64,000 nucleotides of DNA, taken from a bacterium (GTDB lineage Bacteria > UBA8248 > JACPRG01 > G963555815). The stretch spans positions 96,001-160,000 of the forward strand of contig CBDHDG010000007.1 in assembly GCA_965261595.1 (NCBI GenBank), read 5' to 3'. Below are positions 39,875 to 50,152 of this stretch, one piece after another. The first letter of the stretch is position 1; each line of letters starts with the position of its first letter. A program made the translations under genes and the position numbers. The notes beneath the pieces are model-generated. The model did not search any database and was not told the DNA's origin. It was given only the letters and a program-made list of their open reading frames with translations.

Positions 39875-40473
39875 TCCTCGAAGCACTCGGGGGCGTCGGC
39901 TTCTGGCTGCCTCCCGTGGCCGGTGCGGCCATCGGCTACGGGACCAACCTCCTGGCCATCCGGATGCTGTTCCATCCCTACCGCGAGCTTCGGCTCCTCG
40001 GCCGGGCCGTCCCGTTCACACCGGGGCTGATTCCGCGCGAGCGCGGGAAGATCGCCGAGACCATCGCCGAATCCATCGAGCGGGAGTTCCTTTCGGGCGA
40101 AGAGCTGGTCGGTCTGCTGAAGGATTCCTCCATCAAACGGCAGGCCGTGCGCACCATCGGGGACATGGTGGACGACAAGTTGAAGCCGTTCCCCTTGCCC
40201 GAGGCGCTGCGGCATTCGATCAAGCTCATCCTGTCGCGCGAGGTGGTGAAACAAATCGACGCCTTCTTCGAGGAGCGGGCGCACCACGTGGCCGAAAGCC
40301 TGGATGTGAAAGGGACCATCGTGAGCAAGCTCGACCGGATGGACCTGGCCGAGCTGGAAAAGCTGGTGTACGGCGTGGCCGGCAGCCAACTCCGGCGAAT
40401 CACGGTCTTCGGCGGGCTTCTGGGGTTTCTGATCGGCTGCGCGCAGGCCCTTGCGTTCCGGCTCGCGGGATGA
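39871..40473 (+). CDS. DUF445-family membrane protein
   Basis: GAAIGYGTNLLAIRMLFHP, GLIPRER..IA, LE.LV....QLR.I..FGGLLGFLIG. Confidence 0.85.
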   Translation: MILEALGGVGFWLPPVAGAAIGYGTNLLAIRMLFHPYRELRLLGRAVPFTPGLIPRERGKIAETIAESIEREFLSGEELVGLLKDSSIKRQAVRTIGDMVDDKLKPFPLPEALRHSIKLILSREVVKQIDAFFEERAHHVAESLDVKGTIVSKLDRMDLAELEKLVYGVAGSQLRRITVFGGLLGFLIGCAQALAFRLAG

Positions 40474-40477
40474 CGCC

Positions 40478-43400
40478 ATGACAAAGACCGGGACCCGGCC
40501 CCTATCGATCCTCACGGGCCCGTTTCATCCCGACATCGAGTCGGCCCTGAAAGACCGCCTGAACGAGTGGGCCGCCGCCAACCGGGCGCGGGGGTCTCTG
40601 ACGCCGTGCGCCCTGGTCGCTCCCTCCGGGGAGATGCGCCGTTACCTGAAACACCTCATCACGCTTCGGTGGGGGATGACGCTCGCCGGGGCGCACTTGC
40701 TGGACGTCCAGGGCCTGAGCCGGAAAATCGTCTCCACCGCCGGCGGGGATCCGCCGCCCGGTCAGGCGGACGATCTGGTCTTGGATGATCTCATCCGGGA
40801 CATCGTCCGAAACGAGAAATTTCCGGCCGACTGGAAGGCGCTCGTCCGGACAACCGGCGGGGCCGCGGCCCTCCGCCGCAGTCTCCGGGATCTCGAAGAG
40901 GCCCGCGTCCCGGCCCGCGTAAAGAACCGGGAGCCCGTCCTGCGTCTTCACGCCCTTTTTCAGGAGAGAAGAAAAAGACTGGGGCTGGGCACGACCAGCG
41001 ACCCGGTGGAGGCGGCCATCCGGGTCTCAGGGGATTCTGGGTTTCTCCAGTCCATGGACCGCGTCTTGTATTACGGCTTCTACGACATGACGCAACTCCA
41101 GATGGACCTCCTGGGGGCGGTGTCCTCCCACTCTCCGACGACGATGTTTCTCCCCTGCGCTCCGGGCCGCCGGGCTTTCGAATTCGCCGAGGGGTTTCTG
41201 GGGACGCTGGAGGCCCGGTTCGCCGGAGCGGACGCCCGACCCGCGGCGGACGCGGGGCAAGGCGAGGCGGCGGGGAAAAGCCCTCCAGCCGGGGAAGGGG
41301 ATCCGCCGCTCTTGCGGCCCGCGCTCGATGGGCTCTTCTCGGAAGAGGCGATCGGCCGACCGCCGCATATCGAGGAAGGGGCCCTGCGGTCCTTCACGGC
41401 CGCCGGTCCCACGGGCGAGCTTGAGATCGCCGCGAAGGAGATCCTTCGGTGGATTGAAGAAGAGGGCGCGGCCTTCGACGGAATCGGCGTCATCGCCCGG
41501 AACCTCGACGCTTATCTCCCCCATCTTCCGGCCGTTTTCGACGCCCATGCGGTCCCCTTCCGCACGCCGGAAAAGCGGCCCGTCTTCCGATCCCCTTGGG
41601 CGATGACGCTTCTCGCCCTGAACCGGGTCCTGGCCGGGGGCTATTCGAAGACCGACATCCTCGATGTCCTCGCCTCCCCGTATTTCCAGGCCGGAGAGGG
41701 CGGGGTCTCCGTCGGCGAGATCGCCCGCGGACGGGTGCGGCGGTTCGGCGTCATCCGGGGCGTCGAAGACTGGCGGAAACTCGCGCGAGGGGAACGAGCA
41801 ACCGGCGCTTCGGATTCGGACCCGATTGCGGAGGAGGAGATCGGCAGGTTCCAGGATGGGCTCGGCCGGCTGCTCGACGCCGCCGCGAGGCTCCCCCGCC
41901 GGGGCCCCTGGGGGGTCATGATCGATAAGTACGGACAACTGATCCGGGACGTGCTCGGTGGGTCGATGTTTGAACAGGAAGACCAAGACCGGCCGGAGGA
42001 GATTCCCCGCGAATCGCCCGAGGAGTCGTTGACGGCCATCTTCGCCGCCCTCGCGGACCGGGCGAAGATCCGGCCCGAGACCGACGCCGAAAGCTTTCTC
42101 GCCCGTGTGGGAGAGCACCTTCGGACGCATGAGGTTTCCCCGCGCGAGCCGGGCCACGCCGGGGTCGAGGTCCTGAACGCCATGGACGCCCGGGGGAAAC
42201 GATTCGACCGCATCGTCGTCATGGGTCTACAAGAGGGCGTTTGGCCCCGCACAGAAAACGAGGACCCCTTTTTAAACAACAAAATCAGGAGAGGTCTTTC
42301 CGATTCCTTCAGTGTCCACCTGCCGCAAAAATCGGCAGGCGGCGCGGAGGAGCGGCTTTTGTTCACCCTGGCGCTCGCCTCCGGGCGGCGGCGGGTCACG
42401 CTGACCCGGCAGCGGTCGGGGGAGGACGGACGGCCGCTGGTGCGCTCCTGGTATCTTCACGAGCTCGCGCGCGCCCTGGGCCGGACCGACGGAAACCTCC
42501 CGGGAACCGCACCGGTCCCCCGCAGGCTCGAAGATCGGATGGATCAGAGAATCTTTTCCGATTCCCTCTGGACCCCGGCGGAGTGGACGGCCCGGCTTCT
42601 GATCCACGGACACAATCCAGAGGCGCTGCACTCGATCCGGGGCCTCGAAGCGGGTGTTCTGGAGGGTTGTTTTGACGCCGGCTCGCGGCTTTCACGCCTC
42701 GGGTCCGATCTGACGGATCGGGACGGCATGATCGACAAACGGCCCGAACGGTGGAATGACCTGAAGGAAAAAGGGTTTTCCCCCACGGCCCTGGAGACTT
42801 ACGCCCGGTGTCCGTTCCGGTTCTTCGCGAAGCATATCCTCCGGCTGGAAGAACTGGACGATTTCGAGGAAATCGCCGAGCTGGAATCCCGGGACATCGG
42901 CGACCTGCTCCATGAGATATTCGAGCGGTTCTTTTCCAGCCGGGCGCACGACGCCCCCGCCGACGCCTCCGCGCCGCTCTCCCGCGCCATCGAAACGACG
43001 CTGAACGGTTATGAGAAAAAAGCGCCGGTGGGCCACCCGTTTCTTTGGCGGAGGACGCGGCGGACGCTGAGTGCGCTGGCCGAAGGCTATATCGGCCGGG
43101 GTCTTGAATTCCTTCGGGAGAGCGGGTTTCAACCGGTGGCTTACGAGAAACGGTCGGATGCCACCCTGCCCGATGACCCGGCCTTTCCCTCGATTCTGAG
43201 GAGGATGAAGATCCACGGACGCCTGGACCGAATCGACCGCAGGGAGAGCGAAACGGGGGTGGAGCTCCGCGTGGTCGATTACAAATACACCGCCGGCAAG
43301 GGCGTGCCCAAACGGAACCTGGAAGAGGAGACCATCCAGGGGCGAAGTCTTCAGCCCGCCTTTTACGCCCTGCTCGCCCGGGCGGACGAGCCCGACGCCA

Positions 43401-43717
43401 AGGTGAGCGCGGAGCTTCACTACGTCGCCCCCAACTGGCCGGAAAAAACACCCCGCCGATACGCGCTCCCCTCCGACGCGTGGGAGTCCGGTTGGACGAT
43501 GGAAATGGGGAAGACCCTCTCGGAGATTCTCACGGGCATCCGCGACGGGCAGTTCCACATCATCCCCCAAGACGGCGAAGGGAGCCATTGCCGGACGTGC
43601 CCCTATCAGGTCCTCTGCCGCCGGAACCACAGGCCGACCCGCTACCGCCGGACGGCGGACCCGCGGACCCGCGGGATCGAAAGCCTGCCGGAGAAAAAAT
43701 GGCCTCCCCGGACATGA
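40478..43717 (+). CDS. addB: AddB-like helicase-nuclease subunit (PD-(D/E)XK, Fe-S cysteines)
   Basis: FSPTALETYARCPF, GRLDRID..VVDYK, CRTCPYQVLC; EERLLF. Confidence 0.8.
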   Translation: MTKTGTRPLSILTGPFHPDIESALKDRLNEWAAANRARGSLTPCALVAPSGEMRRYLKHLITLRWGMTLAGAHLLDVQGLSRKIVSTAGGDPPPGQADDLVLDDLIRDIVRNEKFPADWKALVRTTGGAAALRRSLRDLEEARVPARVKNREPVLRLHALFQERRKRLGLGTTSDPVEAAIRVSGDSGFLQSMDRVLYYGFYDMTQLQMDLLGAVSSHSPTTMFLPCAPGRRAFEFAEGFLGTLEARFAGADARPAADAGQGEAAGKSPPAGEGDPPLLRPALDGLFSEEAIGRPPHIEEGALRSFTAAGPTGELEIAAKEILRWIEEEGAAFDGIGVIARNLDAYLPHLPAVFDAHAVPFRTPEKRPVFRSPWAMTLLALNRVLAGGYSKTDILDVLASPYFQAGEGGVSVGEIARGRVRRFGVIRGVEDWRKLARGERATGASDSDPIAEEEIGRFQDGLGRLLDAAARLPRRGPWGVMIDKYGQLIRDVLGGSMFEQEDQDRPEEIPRESPEESLTAIFAALADRAKIRPETDAESFLARVGEHLRTHEVSPREPGHAGVEVLNAMDARGKRFDRIVVMGLQEGVWPRTENEDPFLNNKIRRGLSDSFSVHLPQKSAGGAEERLLFTLALASGRRRVTLTRQRSGEDGRPLVRSWYLHELARALGRTDGNLPGTAPVPRRLEDRMDQRIFSDSLWTPAEWTARLLIHGHNPEALHSIRGLEAGVLEGCFDAGSRLSRLGSDLTDRDGMIDKRPERWNDLKEKGFSPTALETYARCPFRFFAKHILRLEELDDFEEIAELESRDIGDLLHEIFERFFSSRAHDAPADASAPLSRAIETTLNGYEKKAPVGHPFLWRRTRRTLSALAEGYIGRGLEFLRESGFQPVAYEKRSDATLPDDPAFPSILRRMKIHGRLDRIDRRESETGVELRVVDYKYTAGKGVPKRNLEEETIQGRSLQPAFYALLARADEPDAKVSAELHYVAPNWPEKTPRRYALPSDAWESGWTMEMGKTLSEILTGIRDGQFHIIPQDGEGSHCRTCPYQVLCRRNHRPTRYRRTADPRTRGIESLPEKKWPPRT

Positions 43718-46700
43718 ATCCAACGGCCGCCGAGACGCCCCTCGCCGACGCGAAGGACCGCCTTCGGGCCGTCACGACGTTCGACCGCAACGTGGTGGTC
43801 ACGGCGGGCGCCGGGACCGGCAAAACGTCCCTGCTCACCGAGCGACTCCTGAACCTCTTTTTCCGCCGGCTGGAGCCGGCCCGTCCGTCGGAATGCGCGG
43901 CCCTCACTTTCACGAGAAAGGCCGCCGGTGAAATGGCCGGGCGGCTGCGTGAGCACCTGGAACGGTTCGTCGCGTGGTCGGCCGGGGAAGGTCCGCCCGG
44001 GGAGTCCGGGGAGGTCGCGGCCGGGATCTACCGCAGTCTCGGCGCGCGATATGAACGGACGCACGAAGAGCTGGGCCGGATCGCGCGTGAGACCCTCCGG
44101 GACCTCGAGATGCTCCCCATCTCCACGTACCACAGCTTTGCCGCCCGGCTCCTGCGGCTCTACCCCCTCGAGGCGGGCGTGGACCCGAATTTCATCGATG
44201 ACGACGGGACGGTGTTCGCGGAGCGGTTCGATCGGCAGTGGCATGATTGGCTCGCCGGGGAGCTCGGAGAGAAGGCCCCTCGCGGGCCGCTGTGGGAGAA
44301 GGCGCTGGATGAATTCGACCTCTCCGTCCTGGAGGCGCTGGCCGAACAACTGTGCTCGGAATTGTTCCCCCTGGACGAACTCGAAGGCGCGCTGGCCGAC
44401 GGGACATTATTCACAGCCCCGGCCGGCTGGCTGGAGGGAGTCGCCGCGGAAGCCGGAATCCTCGCGTCGAAATACCCGGGGGACAGAAAGGTCGAGGTCT
44501 CAATCCGGAAATCGGTCGAGCTTTTGGAGGCCTTTCAGGAAGGCATCCCGGAGGAGAGGCTGTCGGGGATTCGGGAGGATATCGACGCGCGGCCGGGCAA
44601 GCTCAAGGCGATGACCGAGGAGGATTATCGGGCCTGCCTCCGGGTGATCAAGATCGCCCGCGACATCGGGTCCTTGAAGCGCAGCGCGATCTCGAATTCC
44701 CTGCAACTGGTCCTCCCCTTCGCCCGAAAGTTCCGGAGGGACTTTGTCCTTGCCGGCCATCTGCACTTCGATTCCCAACTCGCCCGGGCTCGGGACCTGC
44801 TCCGGGACCGGCCGAAGATCCGCCGCGCGCTGAAGGACCGCATCCGACACCTCCTGGTCGATGAGTTCCAGGACACCGACCCGATCCAGTACGAAATCGT
44901 CCTCTTCCTGGCGGAGGAGAGGGAAGGCGAGGCGACGAGCTGGCGGGACGTCCGGCTGGAGCCGGGAAAGCTCTTCATCGTCGGCGACCCCAAGCAGTCC
45001 ATCTACAAGTTCAGGGGCGCCGACATCGGGGCCTATCAGGTGCTCCTGAACGACGTGCTCCGTGAGAGAACACTGGAGTTGATCGTTAATTTCCGGAGCC
45101 ACGACCGGATCGTGGACGTTCTGAACGGCCTGTTCGAAAAGCTGATTGTCGCGCGCGAGAATATCCAACCCGTCTATCAGGCCGCGCGGCCCCGCCCCGG
45201 CGGGCCGGCGACCCTCGAATCCCAGGGCATGGAGGTGCGGGTGACGCGGCCCGAAGGCGATGAGACCTGGAACGCCGAGGAGGGCGCCCGCCGGGAGGCC
45301 CGGGAGATCGCCCGGATGATTCACGAAGACTGGGTCGGAGCGGGGGGGGAGGGAAGGAAGGCCGGGATTCCCGGCCCGGAGAATGGCGCCCGTCCGGTCG
45401 AGTATGGAGACATCGCCCTCCTGTTCCGGAAGATGACCTACGTCGGCGCCTACATCGACGCGCTGCGCGAGAACGGCATCCCCTATGTTTCCGAATTCGC
45501 GCGGGGGTTCTTCGAGACGCAGGAAGTGACCGACTTTCTGAACCTGCTCGCCTGTCTCGTCTATCCCGAGGACCGGCTCGCCCTGGCCGGCGTCCTGCGC
45601 TCGCCCATCGGCGGCCTGACCGACAAAGAGCTGGTTGCCTGGCGCCGAGAAGCCGAAATCCCCCCATGGGCTTCGGCGATGGAGGAGAGGCTGCGCGCTG
45701 TCCGCCGGGCGATCCGCCCCCTGCCCGTCTCGGAAGCGTTGGATCGGGTCCTCGCGGGTTTTCCGGTCCTGGAATCCGCCATCCTCCTGGCCGGAGAACA
45801 GGGGAGGAGCAACGTTCTGAAGATCCGCTCCCTGGCGCTCGATCGGGAAAGGAACCTGGACGTGGGATTATCCGGTCTGGTGGACTGGTTGAGGGCGCAG
45901 GGGCGCGAGACCCGGGACGAAGGCGAAAGCCCGCTGGCCGAGGAGAACATCAACGCCGTCAAGCTGCTCACCGTGCACAAGGCGAAGGGGCTGGAGTTCC
46001 CCATCGTCATTCTGGCGGGTTTGCAGGCAGGCTCGCGTCCAATGACAAGTCCCGTCCGCGTCGGGCGCGATTGGACGACGGGCCGTTGGGCGTTACAGAT
46101 CGGCGCCGTCCAGACCCCGCAGATGGCGTGGGCGAATGAACGGGACATCCGGCTGGAGGAGGCCGAGGAGCGGCGTCTTTTCTATGTGGCGGCCACCCGC
46201 GCGAGAGAGCGCCTGGTCCTCTCCGCCGCCGTGCGGCACGAGCGGGGAAAGCCAACGAAAGCGGAGGGGATGCTCGCCCGTCTCAACGAAGCCCTGGAGA
46301 TCGACGTCCGGGAGGCGGAAGCGGGCGCGCTCCCCATCGGGGATGGACGGATCTCTCTGGCTCACGTGACTTCAGGGGCGGAGGGCGGGCCAATCCCCGC
46401 GTCAATGGACGAAGCGCCGATGCCGCAAGACTTGGAGCAAACCTGGACCCGCCGGAGGGCCGAGGCGGAACGGGTCCGGAAACAACTGTTGGACATCCGA
46501 CCGTCCCATTTGAACGACGAAGAAGGCGAGGCCGGGTGGGCGAAGTCGGAGGGCGAAGGGATCCCACGCGACAGGAGGCTCCTGGTTGGGAGCGTCGCCC
46601 ACGGTGTGCTGGAGAGGATCGACCTGAAAGAGCCGGATAGGGGTCTCGACGATGCCGTCCGGCTTGCGCTGGATGAGTGCCTGCCCGAGGCCCCGAAGGA

Positions 46701-47079
46701 TGAGCGGAAGGAGATTTACGAAAAAGTAAAGGCGATGGTCAGCGGTTTTGTCGGCTCAAGCGACTTCACGGACCGGATCCAGCCCTTCGAGGTCCTTGGC
46801 CGGGAGGTCCCGTGTTTCTTGCCTGACGTTGAAAAGAACGGGTTTGCCGGGTCGGTGGAGGGAAAAATTGACCTGGTTCTCAGAGATGCGGAGGGCATCC
46901 TGGTCATCGACTACAAGACCGACAGGATTGATGCTTTAAAAACCAGGGAGGGCGCCGAGAAATACAGGCGGCAGGGAGAGCTATACTGCCGGGCGCTTTC
47001 GGATGCCCTTGGTGTGGAGATCAAACGATTCGCTGTGGCCTTCCTCAGACCGGCGGTTCTGGAGATGGTTTCTTTCTAA
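43699..47079 (+). CDS. addA: AddA-like UvrD helicase-nuclease
   Basis: AGAGTGKT, TFTRKAA.EM, VDEFQDT, VGDPKQSIY.FRGAD, TVHKAKGLEF, YVAATRA, GKIDLV..IDYKT. Confidence 0.85.
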   Translation: MASPDMNPTAAETPLADAKDRLRAVTTFDRNVVVTAGAGTGKTSLLTERLLNLFFRRLEPARPSECAALTFTRKAAGEMAGRLREHLERFVAWSAGEGPPGESGEVAAGIYRSLGARYERTHEELGRIARETLRDLEMLPISTYHSFAARLLRLYPLEAGVDPNFIDDDGTVFAERFDRQWHDWLAGELGEKAPRGPLWEKALDEFDLSVLEALAEQLCSELFPLDELEGALADGTLFTAPAGWLEGVAAEAGILASKYPGDRKVEVSIRKSVELLEAFQEGIPEERLSGIREDIDARPGKLKAMTEEDYRACLRVIKIARDIGSLKRSAISNSLQLVLPFARKFRRDFVLAGHLHFDSQLARARDLLRDRPKIRRALKDRIRHLLVDEFQDTDPIQYEIVLFLAEEREGEATSWRDVRLEPGKLFIVGDPKQSIYKFRGADIGAYQVLLNDVLRERTLELIVNFRSHDRIVDVLNGLFEKLIVARENIQPVYQAARPRPGGPATLESQGMEVRVTRPEGDETWNAEEGARREAREIARMIHEDWVGAGGEGRKAGIPGPENGARPVEYGDIALLFRKMTYVGAYIDALRENGIPYVSEFARGFFETQEVTDFLNLLACLVYPEDRLALAGVLRSPIGGLTDKELVAWRREAEIPPWASAMEERLRAVRRAIRPLPVSEALDRVLAGFPVLESAILLAGEQGRSNVLKIRSLALDRERNLDVGLSGLVDWLRAQGRETRDEGESPLAEENINAVKLLTVHKAKGLEFPIVILAGLQAGSRPMTSPVRVGRDWTTGRWALQIGAVQTPQMAWANERDIRLEEAEERRLFYVAATRARERLVLSAAVRHERGKPTKAEGMLARLNEALEIDVREAEAGALPIGDGRISLAHVTSGAEGGPIPASMDEAPMPQDLEQTWTRRRAEAERVRKQLLDIRPSHLNDEEGEAGWAKSEGEGIPRDRRLLVGSVAHGVLERIDLKEPDRGLDDAVRLALDECLPEAPKDERKEIYEKVKAMVSGFVGSSDFTDRIQPFEVLGREVPCFLPDVEKNGFAGSVEGKIDLVLRDAEGILVIDYKTDRIDALKTREGAEKYRRQGELYCRALSDALGVEIKRFAVAFLRPAVLEMVSF

Positions 47080-47130
47080 GGGTCGCGGAGCGGCATCCCG
47101 CCCTCTCCCCCCCCATCCCCCGAACGGGGA

Positions 47131-47832
47131 CTACAACGTGAATTCTTTTTTCAGCTTGTGATACCGGGCCATGACCTTCCGGATGTATTTCCGCGTTTCT
47201 CGGTATGGGGGAATTCCCCGATACCTGCGGACCTTCCTGGGACCGGCATTGTACGCCGCCAGGGCGATCTCGAGTTTTTTCGGGTAACGCCGGTAGCGAT
47301 GCAGGAGCTTCTTGAAGTAGCGGACGGCGCCGTCGATGTTCTGGTGAACGTCATAAGGATCTTCAACGCCCATTTCGGCCGCCGTTCCGGGCATGAGCTA
47401 CATCACCCCCATCGCCCCCTTGTGGGATCGGGCGAGCGGGTCGAAGCCGGATTCCACGGCAATCATGGAGCGAATCAGAATCGGGTCCACGCCGTGGCGT
47501 TGGGCGGCTTTCCGGGCGATCTTCCGGATATCTTCCTTCGTGAGGGGACCATCCTCGGCAGTCTCAGGTTCGATGAACGGCTGGAACACAGAAGCGGGGT
47601 TCGGGCTGAACCCGGAGCCGGGGAAGAAAACGCTCCCCCGCTCATAGGCCACGGTGAGGAAGGTTTTCGCCCGATTCATCATCGAGGAAACCGGGAGATC
47701 CCCGATACGCCCAACCCCGAAAAGCGTCATCGACAACAGGACAAGCGGCACGATGACGGCCTTGCGCACGGAGTGGCGGGCCCTCAGCCGAGCGTACCTT
47801 GAACCCGCGGCCACAACCGCGGACAAAACCAT
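47131..47832 (-). pseudogene. Slt-family lytic transglycosylase with an in-frame TAG (47398-47400); start approximate
   Basis: IAVESGFDP.ARS.KGAMGVM*LMPGTA...NIDGAVRY...AAYNAGP...PPY.ET..Y. Confidence 0.85.
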
Positions 47833-48418
47833 TCTCAGGTATGCATAAACCGGGTGCAACATCCCCGCGACCCTTATGGCTTTTCCTTGCAGGTCAGCAA
47901 AAATTGGAATGACCCCTCCTTGTGTTGGCACAGCAATCGGGGGGTTTGTTCCCCTTTGGGACCCCTGAATACCCCTATGTGCCTGTGCAGGCGCTTTCCC
48001 GGATCTTTGCCCGTTCAACTGATGGCCGGAAAATCCGGAAAGTCCCCTGACCCTTTTGTCGAGAATTCGGTGAAACCATCTACCCAATTGCGAAAGAATA
48101 CAAAACTTTAGCATTGTAAATAAAATTTGTCGAATCCGTTGGCCAAAAAGATTCCTGTCCATTTTTTCGATTCGAAAGGTGATTGACCGCCCTTCTTTGC
48201 CGTTATAGATTAGAGTCAGATATGCGGCAACAAGTTCTCGGGGTGCCGTCGACCGGCGTTACATTCAGACTGAATCAGTGTAATATATTGATATAAAATC
48301 ATTTAGCTAAACACGAAACCCCGTGTGATTCGAGGTTTCGGGAATACAAAAAAATAGAGGGTGAAATCGCGTCCACGAACAATCGTTCCTGGTGACCATT
48401 TTTATGTAGAAATAACCG

Positions 48419-49564
48419 ATGGAGATCTTCTTGGGTCCGGATTCCAAGAAAAACCTCAAAGATTTCGGGGAGGCCGATTTCAAGGCCCTGGCCGACGGGC
48501 TGAGCCTGCCGGCGTATCGGGGGCGGCAAATCGCCAAGTGGATCTTCGGAAAAAGGGTCTTCACCTTTGACGAGATGACCGACCTGCCGCTGGACCTGCG
48601 CCGGACTTTGGAAGATGGATTCTTCATCGGCCGCCTGGCCCTGGAATCGGCCGAAACCTCCCGGGACGCCACGCGGAAATTCCTGTTCCGGTCTTCCCGG
48701 GGCGCCCCGGTGGAATCCGTCCTCATCCCCGACGGGGCCCGCCGGACCCTTTGCGTCTCCACCCAGGCGGGGTGCCGAATGGGGTGCGGCTTTTGCGTCA
48801 CGGGCGCCCTCGGCCTCCTGGACCAGTTGTCGGCCGGGGACATCGCGGGCCAATTCATCGAGGTGGCCCGCGAAACCGGAGAGCGAATCACGCACGTCGT
48901 CCTGATGGGCATGGGGGAGCCGCTGGACAACTACGAGAACGTCGCCCGCGCCGTCCGGACGCTTGTCCACCCGGATTGGATCGGCCTGTCCCCCCGAAGG
49001 GTTACGCTGTCCACCTGCGGGCTGATTCCTCCATTGATTCGCTTCAAGACTGAATTCCCCCGCGTCCGCCTCGCCGTCTCGTTGGGGGCGCCGGATGATG
49101 AGCGGCGCAACCGGCTGATCCCCGTGAACCGCCGCTATCCCCTGGCCGCGCTGATGGAAGCATGCCGCGATCTGCCCCTTCAACCCCGGGAGCGCGTCAC
49201 GTTCGAGTACACGCTGCTGCGGGGCGTCAATGACTCGGTGGAGGACGCCCGCGCGTTGGCCCGGCTGATTCGGGGGGTCCGGTGCAAGGTGAACCTGCTC
49301 CCCTTCAACGCCTCGCCGGTCCTGCCGTACGAGCGCCCCGATGAGGCGGCCGTGGACCGGTTCGCCCGCGTCCTCGCGGCCAAGGGGGTCACCGTAACGG
49401 TCCGGAAAAGCAGAGGGCGGGACATCGAGGCCGCTTGCGGCCTCCTGGCGGCGGGCCTTCCGAAAAGGGCGCCGCAAACCGCGGACGCCGAGGCGGGCGG
49501 CGCGGCCGAACCCACGCCGGAAAGGACGCCGAAAACCGCTTCTCACCCGAGCCCCCCCGCCTGA
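48419..49564 (+). CDS. rlmN: Dual-specificity RNA methyltransferase (radical SAM)
   Basis: CVSTQAGCRMGCGFC, MGMGEPLDN, RGRDIEAACGLL. Confidence 0.96.
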   Translation: MEIFLGPDSKKNLKDFGEADFKALADGLSLPAYRGRQIAKWIFGKRVFTFDEMTDLPLDLRRTLEDGFFIGRLALESAETSRDATRKFLFRSSRGAPVESVLIPDGARRTLCVSTQAGCRMGCGFCVTGALGLLDQLSAGDIAGQFIEVARETGERITHVVLMGMGEPLDNYENVARAVRTLVHPDWIGLSPRRVTLSTCGLIPPLIRFKTEFPRVRLAVSLGAPDDERRNRLIPVNRRYPLAALMEACRDLPLQPRERVTFEYTLLRGVNDSVEDARALARLIRGVRCKVNLLPFNASPVLPYERPDEAAVDRFARVLAAKGVTVTVRKSRGRDIEAACGLLAAGLPKRAPQTADAEAGGAAEPTPERTPKTASHPSPPA

Positions 49565-49576
49565 TCGGCCGGGCGT

Positions 49577-49605
49577 TTGACACGAACCGGGGCGTAAGAT
49601 AAGTT
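49577..49605 (+). promoter_or_regulatory. Sigma70-type promoter of coaD
   Basis: TTGACA-17 nt-TAAGTT. Confidence 0.5.
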
Positions 49606-49637
49606 GATCCGCCTTTTCGGCCAGAACGAGGGACTTC

Positions 49638-50129
49638 ATGAACAGGATCGCCATTTATCCCGGAACGTTCGATCCCTTTACGAACGGCCATCTCGATATT
49701 GTCGCCCGCGTCCGCGACCTGTTCGATCACGTGGTGGTGGCGGTGACGAACAATCCCTCCAAGACGCCCTTGTTCACGACAAAAGAGCGGGTCGCGCTGA
49801 TTCGGGAGGCCGTGTCCGACTTCCCCTCGGTCGAAGTCGACGCCTTCGACGGTCTGCTCGTCGATTACGCGAAGAAAAAGTCGGCCAAGGTGATCCTTCG
49901 GGGGCTTCGCGCGGTGTCGGATTTTGAATACGAGCTCCAGATGGCCCTGATGAACCGCTGGCTGAACGCGGGAATCGAAACCTTCTTCATGGCGCCCAAC
50001 GCGGAATACTCTTTCCTGAGCAGCGGTCTGGTCAAAGAAGTGGCCTCTTACGGGGGAGATGTGCACAAGCTGGTCCCCGAATGTGTGCAGACCGCCCTGA
50101 GCGGAAAGATTTCCAAATCCTCCGGTTGA
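49638..50129 (+). CDS. coaD: Pantetheine-phosphate adenylyltransferase
   Basis: YPGTFDPFTNGHLD, RGLRAVSDFEYE, SS.LVKEVA. Confidence 0.98.
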   Translation: MNRIAIYPGTFDPFTNGHLDIVARVRDLFDHVVVAVTNNPSKTPLFTTKERVALIREAVSDFPSVEVDAFDGLLVDYAKKKSAKVILRGLRAVSDFEYELQMALMNRWLNAGIETFFMAPNAEYSFLSSGLVKEVASYGGDVHKLVPECVQTALSGKISKSSG

Positions 50130-50152
50130 CGCCGGTCATCGAAGGGAATCGG

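Noticed and set aside
47398..47400. Genome-wide stop-codon reassignment
   Set aside because: Conserved genes end normally in TAG (xseB, dxs) and TGA (folD, dnaN).
47870..47940. Sigma54 promoter near the Slt gene
   Set aside because: TGGC..TTGC spacing is N9, not N10, and it is on the wrong strand.
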